Below, piece by piece: positions 17,850 to 27,069 of a stretch of DNA of 64,000 nucleotides. The translations under genes and the position numbers were made by a program. The stretch lies in IMG/VR virus record IMGVR_UViG_3300044629_000710; one strand, given 5' to 3'. Source of the DNA: an uncultured virus (IMG/VR IMGVR_UViG_3300044629_000710). Taxonomy: Duplodnaviria > Heunggongvirae > Uroviricota > Caudoviricetes. Position 1 is the stretch's first letter, and each line of letters opens with the position of its first letter. The notes below the pieces were generated by a model. The model searched no databases and had not been told where the DNA came from. It saw nothing but the letters and a program-made list of their open reading frames with translations.

Positions 17850-19814
17850 ATGAACGAAGCGAACATCGCCCTGCCGACTCCCTACCAGCAGTTCATCCAC
17901 CTGAGCCGCTACAGCAGGTGGTTGCCCGAGAAAGGTCGCCGTGAGACATGGCAGGAGACGGTGGATCGCTACTTCAACTTCTTCGATGAGCATCTCAAGG
18001 ACAACCACAAGTTCAAGTTGCCCAAGGAGACCCGCGAGGAACTCCGCAACGCCATCCTGAACCTTGAGGTGCTGCCGTCCATGCGTGCCCTCATGACCGC
18101 AGGGGAAGCCCTCAAGCGAGACAACATCGCGGGCTACAACTGCTCATATGTCGCCGTCAACCGCGTGCGTGCCTTTGACGAGATCCTCTACATCCTCATG
18201 TGCGGGACGGGCGTGGGCTTCTCGGTTGAGCGTCAGTTCGTGGACAAGTTGCCCACCATCGCAGAGGAGTTCTCGGACACGGACACCACTATCGCCGTGG
18301 TGGACTCCAAGATGGGATGGGCGAAGGCGTTCCGCGAACTGATCAGCCTGCTCATCGTGGGTCAAGTCCCCAAGTGGGATCTCTCGCGCGTGCGTCCCGC
18401 GGGCGCACGCCTGAAGACATTCGGTGGTCGTGCCAGCGGTCCCCGTCCGCTTGACGAACTCTTCCGCTTCACGGTGGAGACCTTCCGCCATGCAGCCGGT
18501 CGCAAGTTGACCTCCATTGAGTGCCATGACATCGTGTGCAAGGTGGCGGAGATCGTCGTGGTCGGTGGTGTCCGTCGCTCGGCTCTCATCTCGCTGTCCA
18601 ACCTCACGGACGAGCGGATGCGTGATGCCAAGAGCGGTGCATGGTGGGAGGCGAACCCGCAGCGTGCCCTCGCCAACAACTCGGTCGCATACAAGGAGAA
18701 GCCGGACATCGGCATCTTCATGGAGGAGTGGCTGTCCCTCTACAAGAGCAAGAGCGGCGAGCGGGGCATCTTCAACCGTGATGCCACCAAGAAGACCGTT
18801 GCCCGTCTCGGGGACCGCCGTGACCCCAACCATGAGTTCGGCACCAATCCCTGCTCGGAGATCATCCTGCGTGACCGCGAGTTCTGCAACCTGACCGAAG
18901 TGGTCGTGCGAGCGGATGACACGCCGGAGACCCTCGCTCGCAAGGTGCGTCTCGCAAGCATCCTCGGGACAATGCAGGCGACCCTGACCAACTTCCAGTA
19001 CATCTCCTCGGAGTGGACCAAGAACTGCAAGGAAGAGGCATTGCTCGGTGTGTCGCTCACCGGCATCCTTGACAACGAGATGATGCACTTCCATCGGTCC
19101 ACCACCCGTTCGCTGAACCTTGAGGAGATGCTGGAGAGCCTACGCAAGGTGGCGATTGAGACCAACGCGAAGTGGGCTGACGAGATCGGCATCAGCCCCT
19201 CGGCTTCCATCACTTGCGTCAAGCCGTCCGGCACGGTGTCGCAACTGGTTGATGCGGCATCGGGCATCCATGCCCGCCATGCTCCCTACTACATCCGCAC
19301 GGTGCGTGCCGACAACAAGGATCCTCTGTGCGTCATGATGAAGGAGATGGGGTTCCCCAACGAGCCGGATGTGATGAAGCCGGAGCATACGACGGTCTTC
19401 TCCTTCCCGATGCGGTCACCGGAGAACTCCGTGTTCCGCAAGGACATGTCGGCGATTGACCAGTTGGACCTTTGGCTCACCTACCAGCGTCACTGGTGCG
19501 AGCACAAGCCGTCGGTCACCGTGACCGTCAAGGAGAACGAGTGGATGGAGGTGGGTGCATGGGTCTACAAGCACTTTGACGAGGTGTCGGGCATCTCGTT
19601 CCTTCCCTACTCGGATCACTCCTATCGTCAAGCCCCGTATCAGGACTGCACCAAGGCGGAGTACGAGGCTCTGCTTGAGAAGATGCCGAAGATCACTGAC
19701 TGGTCTACCCTCTCCAACTACGAGAAGGAAGATAACACCATCGGAACTCAAACTTATTCGTGTTCCGGGGACAAATGTGAAATCGTTGACCTTACATCGT
19801 CGGCTTCCCGCTGA
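17850..19814 (+). CDS. nrdJ: Class II (adenosylcobalamin-dependent) ribonucleotide reductase, monomeric RTPR type
   Basis: YSRW..RRETW.ETV.R, PSMRALM, YNCSY, GTGVGFS, VVGGVRRSALI, GTNPCSEI, TCVKPSGTVSQL, WCEHKPSVT and a C-terminal CSGDKCE Cys pair; no nrdB nearby. Confidence 0.93.
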   Translation: MNEANIALPTPYQQFIHLSRYSRWLPEKGRRETWQETVDRYFNFFDEHLKDNHKFKLPKETREELRNAILNLEVLPSMRALMTAGEALKRDNIAGYNCSYVAVNRVRAFDEILYILMCGTGVGFSVERQFVDKLPTIAEEFSDTDTTIAVVDSKMGWAKAFRELISLLIVGQVPKWDLSRVRPAGARLKTFGGRASGPRPLDELFRFTVETFRHAAGRKLTSIECHDIVCKVAEIVVVGGVRRSALISLSNLTDERMRDAKSGAWWEANPQRALANNSVAYKEKPDIGIFMEEWLSLYKSKSGERGIFNRDATKKTVARLGDRRDPNHEFGTNPCSEIILRDREFCNLTEVVVRADDTPETLARKVRLASILGTMQATLTNFQYISSEWTKNCKEEALLGVSLTGILDNEMMHFHRSTTRSLNLEEMLESLRKVAIETNAKWADEIGISPSASITCVKPSGTVSQLVDAASGIHARHAPYYIRTVRADNKDPLCVMMKEMGFPNEPDVMKPEHTTVFSFPMRSPENSVFRKDMSAIDQLDLWLTYQRHWCEHKPSVTVTVKENEWMEVGAWVYKHFDEVSGISFLPYSDHSYRQAPYQDCTKAEYEALLEKMPKITDWSTLSNYEKEDNTIGTQTYSCSGDKCEIVDLTSSASR

Positions 19815-19818
19815 TGGT

Positions 19819-19825
19819 CTAAATA
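19819..19825 (+). promoter_or_regulatory. T4-type late promoter (CTAAATA)
   Basis: Immediately after the nrdJ stop and before a GGAGG RBS. Confidence 0.65.
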
Positions 19826-19843
19826 GGGTCGGAGGTTTTCATC

Positions 19844-20233
19844 ATGGATGTGCTATGGTCTGCCTTGTGGGTGATGTTCGTCCTGTTCATACTCTACGAC
19901 ACGGATGCCGTGTACGAGTATGCGACCATGTTCACGAAATGGTTGCCGTTTCTTAACCGATTGACTCTCGCAAACGCATACAGGAACAGGCCATTGATGG
20001 ACAGGCAGTTATCCTACACCACCTACCTCCAGATTTACCATCCTTCGTTCATGCTCAACCTAATGACCTGCCGATATTGTACGGGGGTCTGGTTGGCACT
20101 TGCAACCATCCCGATTTGTGGTATACTGGAAGTCCCCGCCATCTACCTCGGCGGTCAGTTGGGCTACTCGCTGTTCACGACCATGGAGAAGAAACTCCAG
20201 ATGCTCAGGGAAGGAGACGCAGATGACATTTGA
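19844..20233 (+). CDS. Membrane protein, DUF1360-like
   Basis: N-terminal hydrophobic helix; LMTCRYCTGVW motif; GGAGG RBS. Confidence 0.6.
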   Translation: MDVLWSALWVMFVLFILYDTDAVYEYATMFTKWLPFLNRLTLANAYRNRPLMDRQLSYTTYLQIYHPSFMLNLMTCRYCTGVWLALATIPICGILEVPAIYLGGQLGYSLFTTMEKKLQMLREGDADDI

Positions 20234-20501
20234 CTCGCTAGACGCACTTCACAATCACCTTTCTGCCCGTGGCGGTGCGAACCCACAAGAACACGGGCAA
20301 CTCGGGCAGTTCTATGTCGCGATGAGTGCTTACACGAACCCAAACACATGCGGCTGTCGCAAGGGACCGAAGGCACTTACCAACATCGTGAGCATCGCAT
20401 CAGGCATGTCCTCCCTTTCCGGCAACGCGAGCGTCAAGGCATTGTTTGACAACAACGAAGTCGTAGTAAACCACAACGGAGCGACGATAGCGAGGTTCTG
20501 A
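20223..20501 (+). CDS. Hypothetical protein (92 aa)
   Basis: ATG at 20223 after AGGAG; MTFDSLDALH..CGC..; fills the operon gap. Confidence 0.6.
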   Translation: MTFDSLDALHNHLSARGGANPQEHGQLGQFYVAMSAYTNPNTCGCRKGPKALTNIVSIASGMSSLSGNASVKALFDNNEVVVNHNGATIARF

Positions 20502-21104
20502 TTGCCCTCAGTCAATGAGGAGTTCGTAGAGAAGGTCAAGACAAACCTTGCCGACTATGGCATGGTGCTGTCCTTTTCGCCGAAGCGGTTCGTCATGGCG
20601 GATCGCGTGAAGTGCCTCGGCTACTTTGACGAGAAGAAGATCATGGTCGCGAAAGGCAACCCCAACTGGATTGAGGTGCTTGCCCATGAATACAGCCACT
20701 TCATCCAGTGGATGGTCGGCAGCGAGGCATATGTCAAGTGCTTCGGTCCAAAGAACTACTACACCACCATCTGCGAGGAATGGCTTCACGGCAAGAAAAA
20801 GAAGCCGTTCATGGTCAAGCGTGCTTTCAATGCCGTCCGTGAGATGGAGCGTGAGTGCGAGATGATCGCGGTGCAGGTCATCAAGGACAACGGGCTGAAT
20901 GTGGACATTGAGCGTTACACGCAAGAAGCCAATTGCTACATTTACATGCACCACCTCATGGAAGAGCATGGCAGGCATTGGGGAGAGGCAAAGGGAGACC
21001 CCTTCTCTTCACGCATCATCCGCAACATGCCCTCCTCGTTCCGTCACAAGAGCCACAAGAAGATCCCCGACAACATCAGGGAAATCCTAGACAGGGTGTT
21101 CTGA
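20502..21104 (+). CDS. Putative zinc metallopeptidase (HEXXH)
   Basis: VLAHEYSHFIQW with downstream E..CE; TTG start. Confidence 0.6.
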   Translation: MPSVNEEFVEKVKTNLADYGMVLSFSPKRFVMADRVKCLGYFDEKKIMVAKGNPNWIEVLAHEYSHFIQWMVGSEAYVKCFGPKNYYTTICEEWLHGKKKKPFMVKRAFNAVREMERECEMIAVQVIKDNGLNVDIERYTQEANCYIYMHHLMEEHGRHWGEAKGDPFSSRIIRNMPSSFRHKSHKKIPDNIREILDRVF

Positions 21105-21143
21105 TCGCACGCACACGCCCGCCCGCGTACGCGCACGCGAGAC

Positions 21144-21150
21144 CTAAATA
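21144..21150 (+). promoter_or_regulatory. T4-type late promoter (CTAAATA)
   Basis: Intergenic, upstream of a small membrane ORF. Confidence 0.65.
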
Positions 21151-21171
21151 CCCTGTGAAAGGAGAACATCA

Positions 21172-21285
21172 ATGGAACACATTCTCGGAACCATCTGGTG
21201 GAGTGCCCTCATGTTCATTGCCGGTGCCGTCATTGGCGTGCCGCTTTGGAAGTGGGTCTCGACCAAGTTGCCTTGGAACAACTGA
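21172..21285 (+). CDS. 37-aa single-pass membrane microprotein (not in ORF track)
   Basis: AGGAGA RBS and late promoter; MEHILGTIWWSALMFIAGAVIGVPLWKWVSTKLPWNN. Confidence 0.7.
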   Translation: MEHILGTIWWSALMFIAGAVIGVPLWKWVSTKLPWNN

Positions 21286-21286
21286 C

Positions 21287-21314
21287 TTGACTTCAGCCAT
21301 CTTGGCGGTATACT
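21287..21314 (+). promoter_or_regulatory. Sigma70-like early/middle promoter TTGACT-N16-TATACT
   Basis: Near-consensus hexamers directly upstream of gp46. Confidence 0.75.
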
Positions 21315-21328
21315 GACCTGTTTACACA

Positions 21329-23026
21329 ATGATCACCTTCAAGACCATTCGTTGGAAAAACCTCCTCAGCACGGGCAACCTGTTCACGGAGGTTCAATTC
21401 AACAAAACAAAGACCACCCTAATGTTGGGTGAGAACGGGGCAGGTAAGAGCACCTTATTGGACGCTCTTACTTTTGTCCTGTTCAACAAGCCTTACCGGA
21501 GCATCAACCTGCCGCAACTGGTCAACTCGGTGAACGAGAAGGACTGCGTGGCGGAGATTGAGTTCACGAAGGGCGACTCCATCTACAAGGTCATCCGCGG
21601 GCAGTCACCCAAGGTCTTTGAGATTTGGGAAGACGGCAAGTTGATTGACCAAGATGCCAAGGCGAAGGACTACCAGAAGTTCCTTGAGGACCAGATCCTC
21701 GGGATGAACTACAAGTCATTCTGTCAGGTGGTCATCCTCGGCTCGGCGAACTATGTCCCATTCATGAAACTATCGGCGGCAGACCGCCGGTCGGTCGTGG
21801 AAGCCATCCTTGACATCGGGGTGTTCTCGGTCATGAATGTCCACCTCAAGGAACGCTTCAGCCAGAACCGCGAGGAACTCAACCAAGCCGACTCCTCCCT
21901 TGCGGTCGCCCGCGAGAGGGTCACCCTCCTACGCCGGATGGTGGAGGATGCCAAGAAGCGGAGCGAGCAGGATAGCGTCTGGGAGGCGGAGCAGGTCGCA
22001 CAGGCGAGAGTTCGCATCGGGGAGGCTCAGGAGGCTATCCGTGCCTCGGAAGCCATCCTAGAGGCTCTGACGGCTTCCATCATTGACCAAGAAAGCGTGG
22101 AGGGGGACATCAGCCGATATGAGGTTCTCAAGGGTCAGATAACCAAGAGAGCCGCCGGATTGCGCAAGGAAATCGCCTTCTATGAGAAGAACGACACCTG
22201 CCCCACCTGCTGCCAGCAGATTGACGGGGACTTCAAGAAGCGTGCCTCCGACAAGGCAGAGGGGAAGATCAAGGAAATAGAGGAGGCCATTGAAGAAATG
22301 GCGGGTCACATTGACCGGAACACCTCCCGCATGACGGAAATCAAGAAGGTTCTCTCCGACATCCGCGATGCTACCACGACCATCCACAAGAAGCGGAACG
22401 AGATTGAGAACACCGAGGATCACATCAAGAAGATCATCTCCAAGAAGGTGGAGGAGCCGAAGGACTTCCAGCAAGACCTGACGGAAGCCATGTCCGGCGA
22501 GAGTGAATGCCTTGAGAGCAAGAAGGAACTGCTTGAGGAGCAGCACTACCTGTACCTCGCCCAGACCATCCTGCGTGACTCGGGCATCAAGAGTCGCATC
22601 GTCAAGAACTACATCCCCGTCATCAACGAGACCATCAACCGATACCTCACCCGCATGAACTTCTTCGTGAACTTCCACCTTGACGAGGAGTTCACCGAGA
22701 CGATCAAGTCGCGTCATCGGGATGTGTTCACCTATGCCTCGTTCAGCGAGGGGGAGAAGAAGCGGATTGACCTGTCCCTCCTGTTCGCATGGCGTGCCAT
22801 TGCATCCATGAAGAACTCAATCCGCACCAACCTGCTCATCCTTGACGAGGTTCTTGACGGGAGCCTTGATGACGGGTCGGTGGAGGCATTCCTTGACATC
22901 GTGTCCCACATGGGCGACGATACCAACATCGTGGTCATCAGCCACAAGCCGAAGGAACTGCTACAAGACAAGTTTGAGCGGACGATCCAGTTCGTGAAGA
23001 AGGGGAACTTCAGCAAGGCAACTTAA
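21329..23026 (+). CDS. gp46: Recombination endonuclease ATPase subunit (Rad50/SbcC-like, T4 gp46)
   Basis: Walker A GENGAGKST, coiled coil with CPTC zinc hook, FSEGEK signature, LILDEVLDGSLD Walker B/D-loop, ISH. Confidence 0.95.
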   Translation: MITFKTIRWKNLLSTGNLFTEVQFNKTKTTLMLGENGAGKSTLLDALTFVLFNKPYRSINLPQLVNSVNEKDCVAEIEFTKGDSIYKVIRGQSPKVFEIWEDGKLIDQDAKAKDYQKFLEDQILGMNYKSFCQVVILGSANYVPFMKLSAADRRSVVEAILDIGVFSVMNVHLKERFSQNREELNQADSSLAVARERVTLLRRMVEDAKKRSEQDSVWEAEQVAQARVRIGEAQEAIRASEAILEALTASIIDQESVEGDISRYEVLKGQITKRAAGLRKEIAFYEKNDTCPTCCQQIDGDFKKRASDKAEGKIKEIEEAIEEMAGHIDRNTSRMTEIKKVLSDIRDATTTIHKKRNEIENTEDHIKKIISKKVEEPKDFQQDLTEAMSGESECLESKKELLEEQHYLYLAQTILRDSGIKSRIVKNYIPVINETINRYLTRMNFFVNFHLDEEFTETIKSRHRDVFTYASFSEGEKKRIDLSLLFAWRAIASMKNSIRTNLLILDEVLDGSLDDGSVEAFLDIVSHMGDDTNIVVISHKPKELLQDKFERTIQFVKKGNFSKAT

Positions 23027-23244
23027 GTGATGCCGCCTTGGCTGTAGTTCATCGTGATCTTCGGGTTCTGGATGCTGGCGGCAGTCGGCTGTCGTTTCTT
23101 CAACTGCCGGACGGAAGGTCTCTTGACCTTGTCCGCCTTGCCCGTGCGCAGGGACATCACGGGTTCAACGAACGGGGCACCGGATGCCGATGCCGACATC
23201 TGCCACTCCCTGATCTCCTGACGCAACAGGTCAAACTGCTTCAT
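23023..23244 (-). CDS. Hypothetical protein (73 aa)
   Basis: Fills the gap between gp47 and gp46; late promoter 5 nt upstream of its ATG. Confidence 0.55.
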   Translation of the reverse strand: MKQFDLLRQEIREWQMSASASGAPFVEPVMSLRTGKADKVKRPSVRQLKKRQPTAASIQNPKITMNYSQGGIT

Positions 23245-23249
23245 GCAGG

Positions 23250-23256
23250 TATTTAG
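23250..23256 (-). promoter_or_regulatory. T4-type late promoter (CTAAATA) overlapping the gp47 stop codon
   Basis: Minus strand reads ggCTAAATAcctgcATG. Confidence 0.6.
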
Positions 23257-24302
23257 CCCTGCATGGACTCGGCATAGATTTCCCTGACTAGGGTCTTCAG
23301 CCGTGTCGGGTCATCCACATTCTCCATCCGGTCAATCTCGTCGCAGATCAGGGTGAGGGTGTCCTTGCTCATGTCCACCACGGTGGGGTCCGACTGTTCC
23401 TGCTTGTCGTTCAACTCAATGATGGTCAAACCGTGGACGGGAGTGGCGTTCAGCCGGTCAATCAGGTTCTCGTAGACGAACGGCTTGGACTTCGCCTTGA
23501 CCATCAGGCGGACGAAGGTCTCCTTGTAGTCCGCCGTGCTGAACATGTTGTAATCCCTTGCCGTGTCATCGTACTCCAGCATCGTGAACATGTGCTTGGG
23601 GTTCGGGACGAACTCCATGCTCCGGTCCTCGGTGTCAAAGTAGTGGAACCCCTTGGTCTGACCCAAGTCGGAGAAGGTCATCTGGTACTGGGTTCCCAAG
23701 TAGTGGATGTTGCCGCGGCTGTGCCGGAAGTGGAAGTGTCCGCTGTAGACCGCATCGTACTTCTCAAGAGTGCTGGGGGACATCCCTTCCTGATGCTGGA
23801 CTCCACACACCGCCTCACACCCGTTCACCTCAAAGTGACCGAACAGGATATCCGTTTTCCTGTCGGCGATGAAGTCCATGCACTCCTGATGGTTGTTCTT
23901 GGCGATCCACGGGACGAACCCGACGAGCAACCCGTCCAGAGAGACGACGCTGGGCTTGTCATGGACTTTGATGTTTGAGTCGGTGCCGAAGAGTTCCGTG
24001 GGGGAGTTGAGGGAGATGGTGTTGCGGTAGTAGGCATCGTGGTTGCCGATGATCAGGTCCATCGTGATGCCGTCCTTCTTCAGCCGGTCCACGAAGAACT
24101 TCCGTGTGGCGTTGAGGGTGTGGAAGTTGACGAACTTCCTCCTGTCCATGAAGTCCCCCATGTGGACGATGTGGTTGACACCCCTCTCCTTGAGCGAGGG
24201 AAAGAACACCTCGTCCCAGAAGCGGATGAAATGCTCAAGGAAGATGGGGCTGTCGTTGCGTGCCCCGAAGTGCGTGTCAGAGATTACTGCGATCTTGCTC
24301 AT
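23253..24302 (-). CDS. gp47: Recombination endonuclease nuclease subunit (Mre11/SbcD-like, T4 gp47)
   Basis: DTHFG, GDFMDRR, GNHD, GHFE, SGHFH metallophosphoesterase motifs. Confidence 0.95.
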   Translation of the reverse strand: MSKIAVISDTHFGARNDSPIFLEHFIRFWDEVFFPSLKERGVNHIVHMGDFMDRRKFVNFHTLNATRKFFVDRLKKDGITMDLIIGNHDAYYRNTISLNSPTELFGTDSNIKVHDKPSVVSLDGLLVGFVPWIAKNNHQECMDFIADRKTDILFGHFEVNGCEAVCGVQHQEGMSPSTLEKYDAVYSGHFHFRHSRGNIHYLGTQYQMTFSDLGQTKGFHYFDTEDRSMEFVPNPKHMFTMLEYDDTARDYNMFSTADYKETFVRLMVKAKSKPFVYENLIDRLNATPVHGLTIIELNDKQEQSDPTVVDMSKDTLTLICDEIDRMENVDDPTRLKTLVREIYAESMQG

Positions 24303-24307
24303 GGTGT

Positions 24308-24868
24308 TCAGTCCATCAGTTCGTCTAGGGGCTTGGTCTTCTTGCGACCGCGTTTCTTGGCTTTAGGTTTGGGCTTATTCTCCGTCTTGGAGTCGGCCAT
24401 GAAGTCGCCTGCCACGAACTCGTAAAATGGACTCTCCGTAGAATCTTCGTACTTCTTGTGTTCCTCGTTCATCCAGTTGCGGAACTTCCCTGTCGGGTCG
24501 TTCTGCTCAAAGGCTCGCATCTTGATGAAGAGTTGCTTCTTCTCCTTCTGGATGCGACGAAGGAAAGCATAGTAGATTATCTGCGTGAAGAACGCAAATG
24601 GGTTCGTGGATTTCTTGGGGTCAAAGTTGGTCGCATACATGATACAATTCTCTATTGCATCCGAGACCATCTCCTCCTTGTAGGTGTAGTTGGTGAAGTT
24701 GGGCTTCTTGGCGAGGTTGTTGGCGATGTCCATGAAGCACTGCCCGATGTAGTTTGACACCCCCGGCTTGGGCTTGGCTTCCTTCAATGCCTTCTTGACC
24801 AGTTTCTTGTGTGCCACCAACTCGGCAAGGAACTTCTTGTTGTCAATGTAGTGGTTCTGTTTGGGCAT
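24308..24868 (-). CDS. gp55: Late transcription sigma factor (T4 gp55)
   Basis: HYIDNK.FL, YIG.CF..IA..L..KPNF.NYTYKEEM.SDAIENC, NPFAFFTQIIYYAFLRRIQKEKKQ. Confidence 0.95.
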   Translation of the reverse strand: MPKQNHYIDNKKFLAELVAHKKLVKKALKEAKPKPGVSNYIGQCFMDIANNLAKKPNFTNYTYKEEMVSDAIENCIMYATNFDPKKSTNPFAFFTQIIYYAFLRRIQKEKKQLFIKMRAFEQNDPTGKFRNWMNEEHKKYEDSTESPFYEFVAGDFMADSKTENKPKPKAKKRGRKKTKPLDELMD

Positions 24869-24929
24869 CAGCCCTCCTGTGTTAAGATTTGCGAAATCTG
24901 GCGAGATTTTTCTCTCCGCCGTCGTTTTG

Positions 24930-25092
24930 CCTACTAGATACCTTTGGGAACAAAGGGGTACTGAGTACTATAGGGTACTTACTAAGATACTCTTCAGTAG
25001 GTACTCTAGATACTCTCTAGTAAGTTCTCTAGAGTATACTCTAAAGAGTTACTTAAGATACCTAGTGTTACATTGTAGTACCTAGTACGCGG
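24930..25092. other. AT-rich palindrome/iteron-like non-coding region, candidate replication origin
   Basis: Six CTAG and six GTAC tetramers, four AGATAC, a 14-bp palindrome TAGAGTATACTCTA (25030-25043) and hairpin CCTTTG-GGAA-CAAAGG. Confidence 0.45.
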
Positions 25093-25100
25093 CTTGTCAA
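25072..25100 (-). promoter_or_regulatory. Sigma70-like promoter TTGACA-N17-TACAAT upstream of gp55
   Basis: Minus strand reads ttgacaagccgcgtactaggtactacaat. Confidence 0.7.
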
Positions 25101-25537
25101 GGGCCAAGTCGCGGATCTCCTCCCCATCCCGGAAATTCTGGGTTGTCCTCCTCATCCTCATCACCCTCCTCGTCTTCCTTGTAGTCTTCGTCAAGGACAT
25201 CGGGTGCATTTTCAAGTTCGCCTTCCATGTCGGAGTTGATCTTGGCCATCTGGTAGTCACCCACCAGTTCCTTGATCGGAGTTGTGATGCAGACCACGGA
25301 CTGCTTGGGAACCATGATGTAGTCATCCATAGTGAAGTCAATCCAATCTTTGAGGACAAGGGTGAAACCTTCTTGCACGCCTTCCTTGCCGTTGGGGTGC
25401 CTCTTTCGCACCGGAATGGATACCACCGACATCGGACGCTCAAGGATGTAGTTGGACTCGCCGCTTTCCGCGATACCGGAGATGACCTGCTCCCCCGTCA
25501 CCATCTTGAGCAACTTGATGGGATAGTACTGGATCAA
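25097..25537 (-). CDS. Conserved T4-like hypothetical protein (Sm-like fold, acidic tail)
   Basis: IKLLKMVTGEQVIS motif; position between uvsW and gp55 as in marine/freshwater T4-likes. Confidence 0.7.
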   Translation of the reverse strand: MIQYYPIKLLKMVTGEQVISGIAESGESNYILERPMSVVSIPVRKRHPNGKEGVQEGFTLVLKDWIDFTMDDYIMVPKQSVVCITTPIKELVGDYQMAKINSDMEGELENAPDVLDEDYKEDEEGDEDEEDNPEFPGWGGDPRLGP

Positions 25538-27057
25538 GATGATCTCCTGATACGCATGTCAATTGGCATCTTGATCAACTTGTAGTTGAACTGCTCGCTC
25601 TCGTAGATTTTTGTCCTCTTCAGGAAGTGACGGAGGGTGTAGTTCAGCGTGGTTTCATGGTGAAGGTCATCAGACACATCGTACAGGTTGGCCACCTGCT
25701 TCCCCTCCGCCTTCCTCAACTGGCGACCGATGCTCTGTAGGATGCGGATGCGGCTCTTGGACGGGGAGGCGAAGATGATGTTCTTCAGGCTACGGATGTT
25801 GATGCCCGTGGAGAAGGTTCCGTATGATGCCACGATGATGGCGTTCGTCTCGTTTTCCACGATGTTGCGGATGTCCTCCCGCTCGTTCCCGTCCGTCTCG
25901 CCCGCAACGAAGAACACCTTCCTCTTGTCGTCGCAGAGGGACGATATCATCTCGTAGAGGGGCTTTCCGTGCTTCTCCACATAGTTGAAAAGGACAAGAG
26001 TGTTGCCTTTGGTCGCCACGGCAAGATGGGACAGGAACTCGTTCCGTGCCTTGCACTCCACCAACCATTGAATCTCTCCTTGATAGTCCAGACCGGATAC
26101 CGTCTTTCGGATTTCCGGTGGATAGCGAAGCAGGATGCACTCAATCCGCAAGGAAGTCAGGAGGTTCCTCTCCATTAGTTCCTTGGTGGTCACCACCCGA
26201 TGGACAGGACCGAACAGACCCTCAATAGTCAACTTGTGGACCTTGCTACCGTCAAGCGTTCCGGTCAGGGCGATACGATACGGGCAGTCGGTTAACTTGT
26301 TCATGATGCTGGACAGGGACTGCGCCTTGAACAGGTGTGCCTCGTCCCCGATGACCGCCTCAAAGTTGTCAAACCATGCCCTCGGCATCTTGTAGATTGA
26401 CTGCCATGTGGAGATGACGATCTGCTTGTTCGTCAGTTTCTCCTCGCCTCCCATGATGAGGTGGCAGTTGGCATCCGTGTCCCACTCAACCTGCGACGAG
26501 TAGTCCTTGAAGTCCGCGTACATCTGGTGGACGAGGGAGATGGTCGGGACCACGATGAGTATCTTGCGGTGCTGCGGTATGACCGACTGGTAGTGTCGGC
26601 ACAGGGAATAGACGATGAGGCTCTTGCCGCTGGCGGTCGGCGACAGCAGGACGCAACGGGTCTTGTTCATCGCATGGCATAGGGCATCAACCTGATGGTC
26701 ATGCGGCGCGAGCGCGTGCCCGCGTGCGTGCGGATGGAGGGACAGCACAAAGTCACGGACCGAATCGCAATTGAACTTGAGTTCCGGTTCCGCCACCTCG
26801 CTATCAACATGCATCTCGTATCCGCGGTCCTTGGCGAATGTGGCGAGATACTCAATCAGTCCGGCTGGCAGCAGACCCGAGTGGGGATTGTACAATCGCA
26901 CCTTGCCGTCCCAGACCTTGCGCCTGAACGCGGGCGTGTACTTCGCACCGGGGACATCGTAGGTGAAGTACTCCTGCAACTCACGGGCAATGGAGTTGTC
27001 CGCGAGCACGCGCAGGTGAGCCGTGTTCATGTTGCGTACTTCAATCACTACCGGCAT
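25534..27057 (-). CDS. uvsW: SF2 DNA helicase UvsW
   Basis: WDGKVRL, SPTASGKS, VPT, GDEAH, TGT, STGINI, QSIGR; start moved to ATG 27057 after TAAATA-GGAGA. Confidence 0.95.
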   Translation of the reverse strand: MPVVIEVRNMNTAHLRVLADNSIARELQEYFTYDVPGAKYTPAFRRKVWDGKVRLYNPHSGLLPAGLIEYLATFAKDRGYEMHVDSEVAEPELKFNCDSVRDFVLSLHPHARGHALAPHDHQVDALCHAMNKTRCVLLSPTASGKSLIVYSLCRHYQSVIPQHRKILIVVPTISLVHQMYADFKDYSSQVEWDTDANCHLIMGGEEKLTNKQIVISTWQSIYKMPRAWFDNFEAVIGDEAHLFKAQSLSSIMNKLTDCPYRIALTGTLDGSKVHKLTIEGLFGPVHRVVTTKELMERNLLTSLRIECILLRYPPEIRKTVSGLDYQGEIQWLVECKARNEFLSHLAVATKGNTLVLFNYVEKHGKPLYEMISSLCDDKRKVFFVAGETDGNEREDIRNIVENETNAIIVASYGTFSTGINIRSLKNIIFASPSKSRIRILQSIGRQLRKAEGKQVANLYDVSDDLHHETTLNYTLRHFLKRTKIYESEQFNYKLIKMPIDMRIRRSS

Positions 27058-27062
27058 TCTCC

Positions 27063-27069
27063 TATTTAG
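27063..27069 (-). promoter_or_regulatory. T4-type late promoter (CTAAATA) overlapping the uvsY stop codon
   Basis: Minus strand reads cCTAAATAggagaATG; uvsW is also late-expressed in T4. Confidence 0.7.

Noticed and set aside
18144..19094. Long antisense ORFs (also 22058..22717, 38858..39961, 45161..46183 and others)
   Set aside because: Shadow ORFs expected from high-GC3 codon bias opposite well-supported genes; no motifs or RBS.
24861..25085. 74-aa ORF across the palindromic region
   Set aside because: Low-complexity Tyr/Ser/Leu product, atypical codon usage, no RBS, and opposite to the surrounding operon.
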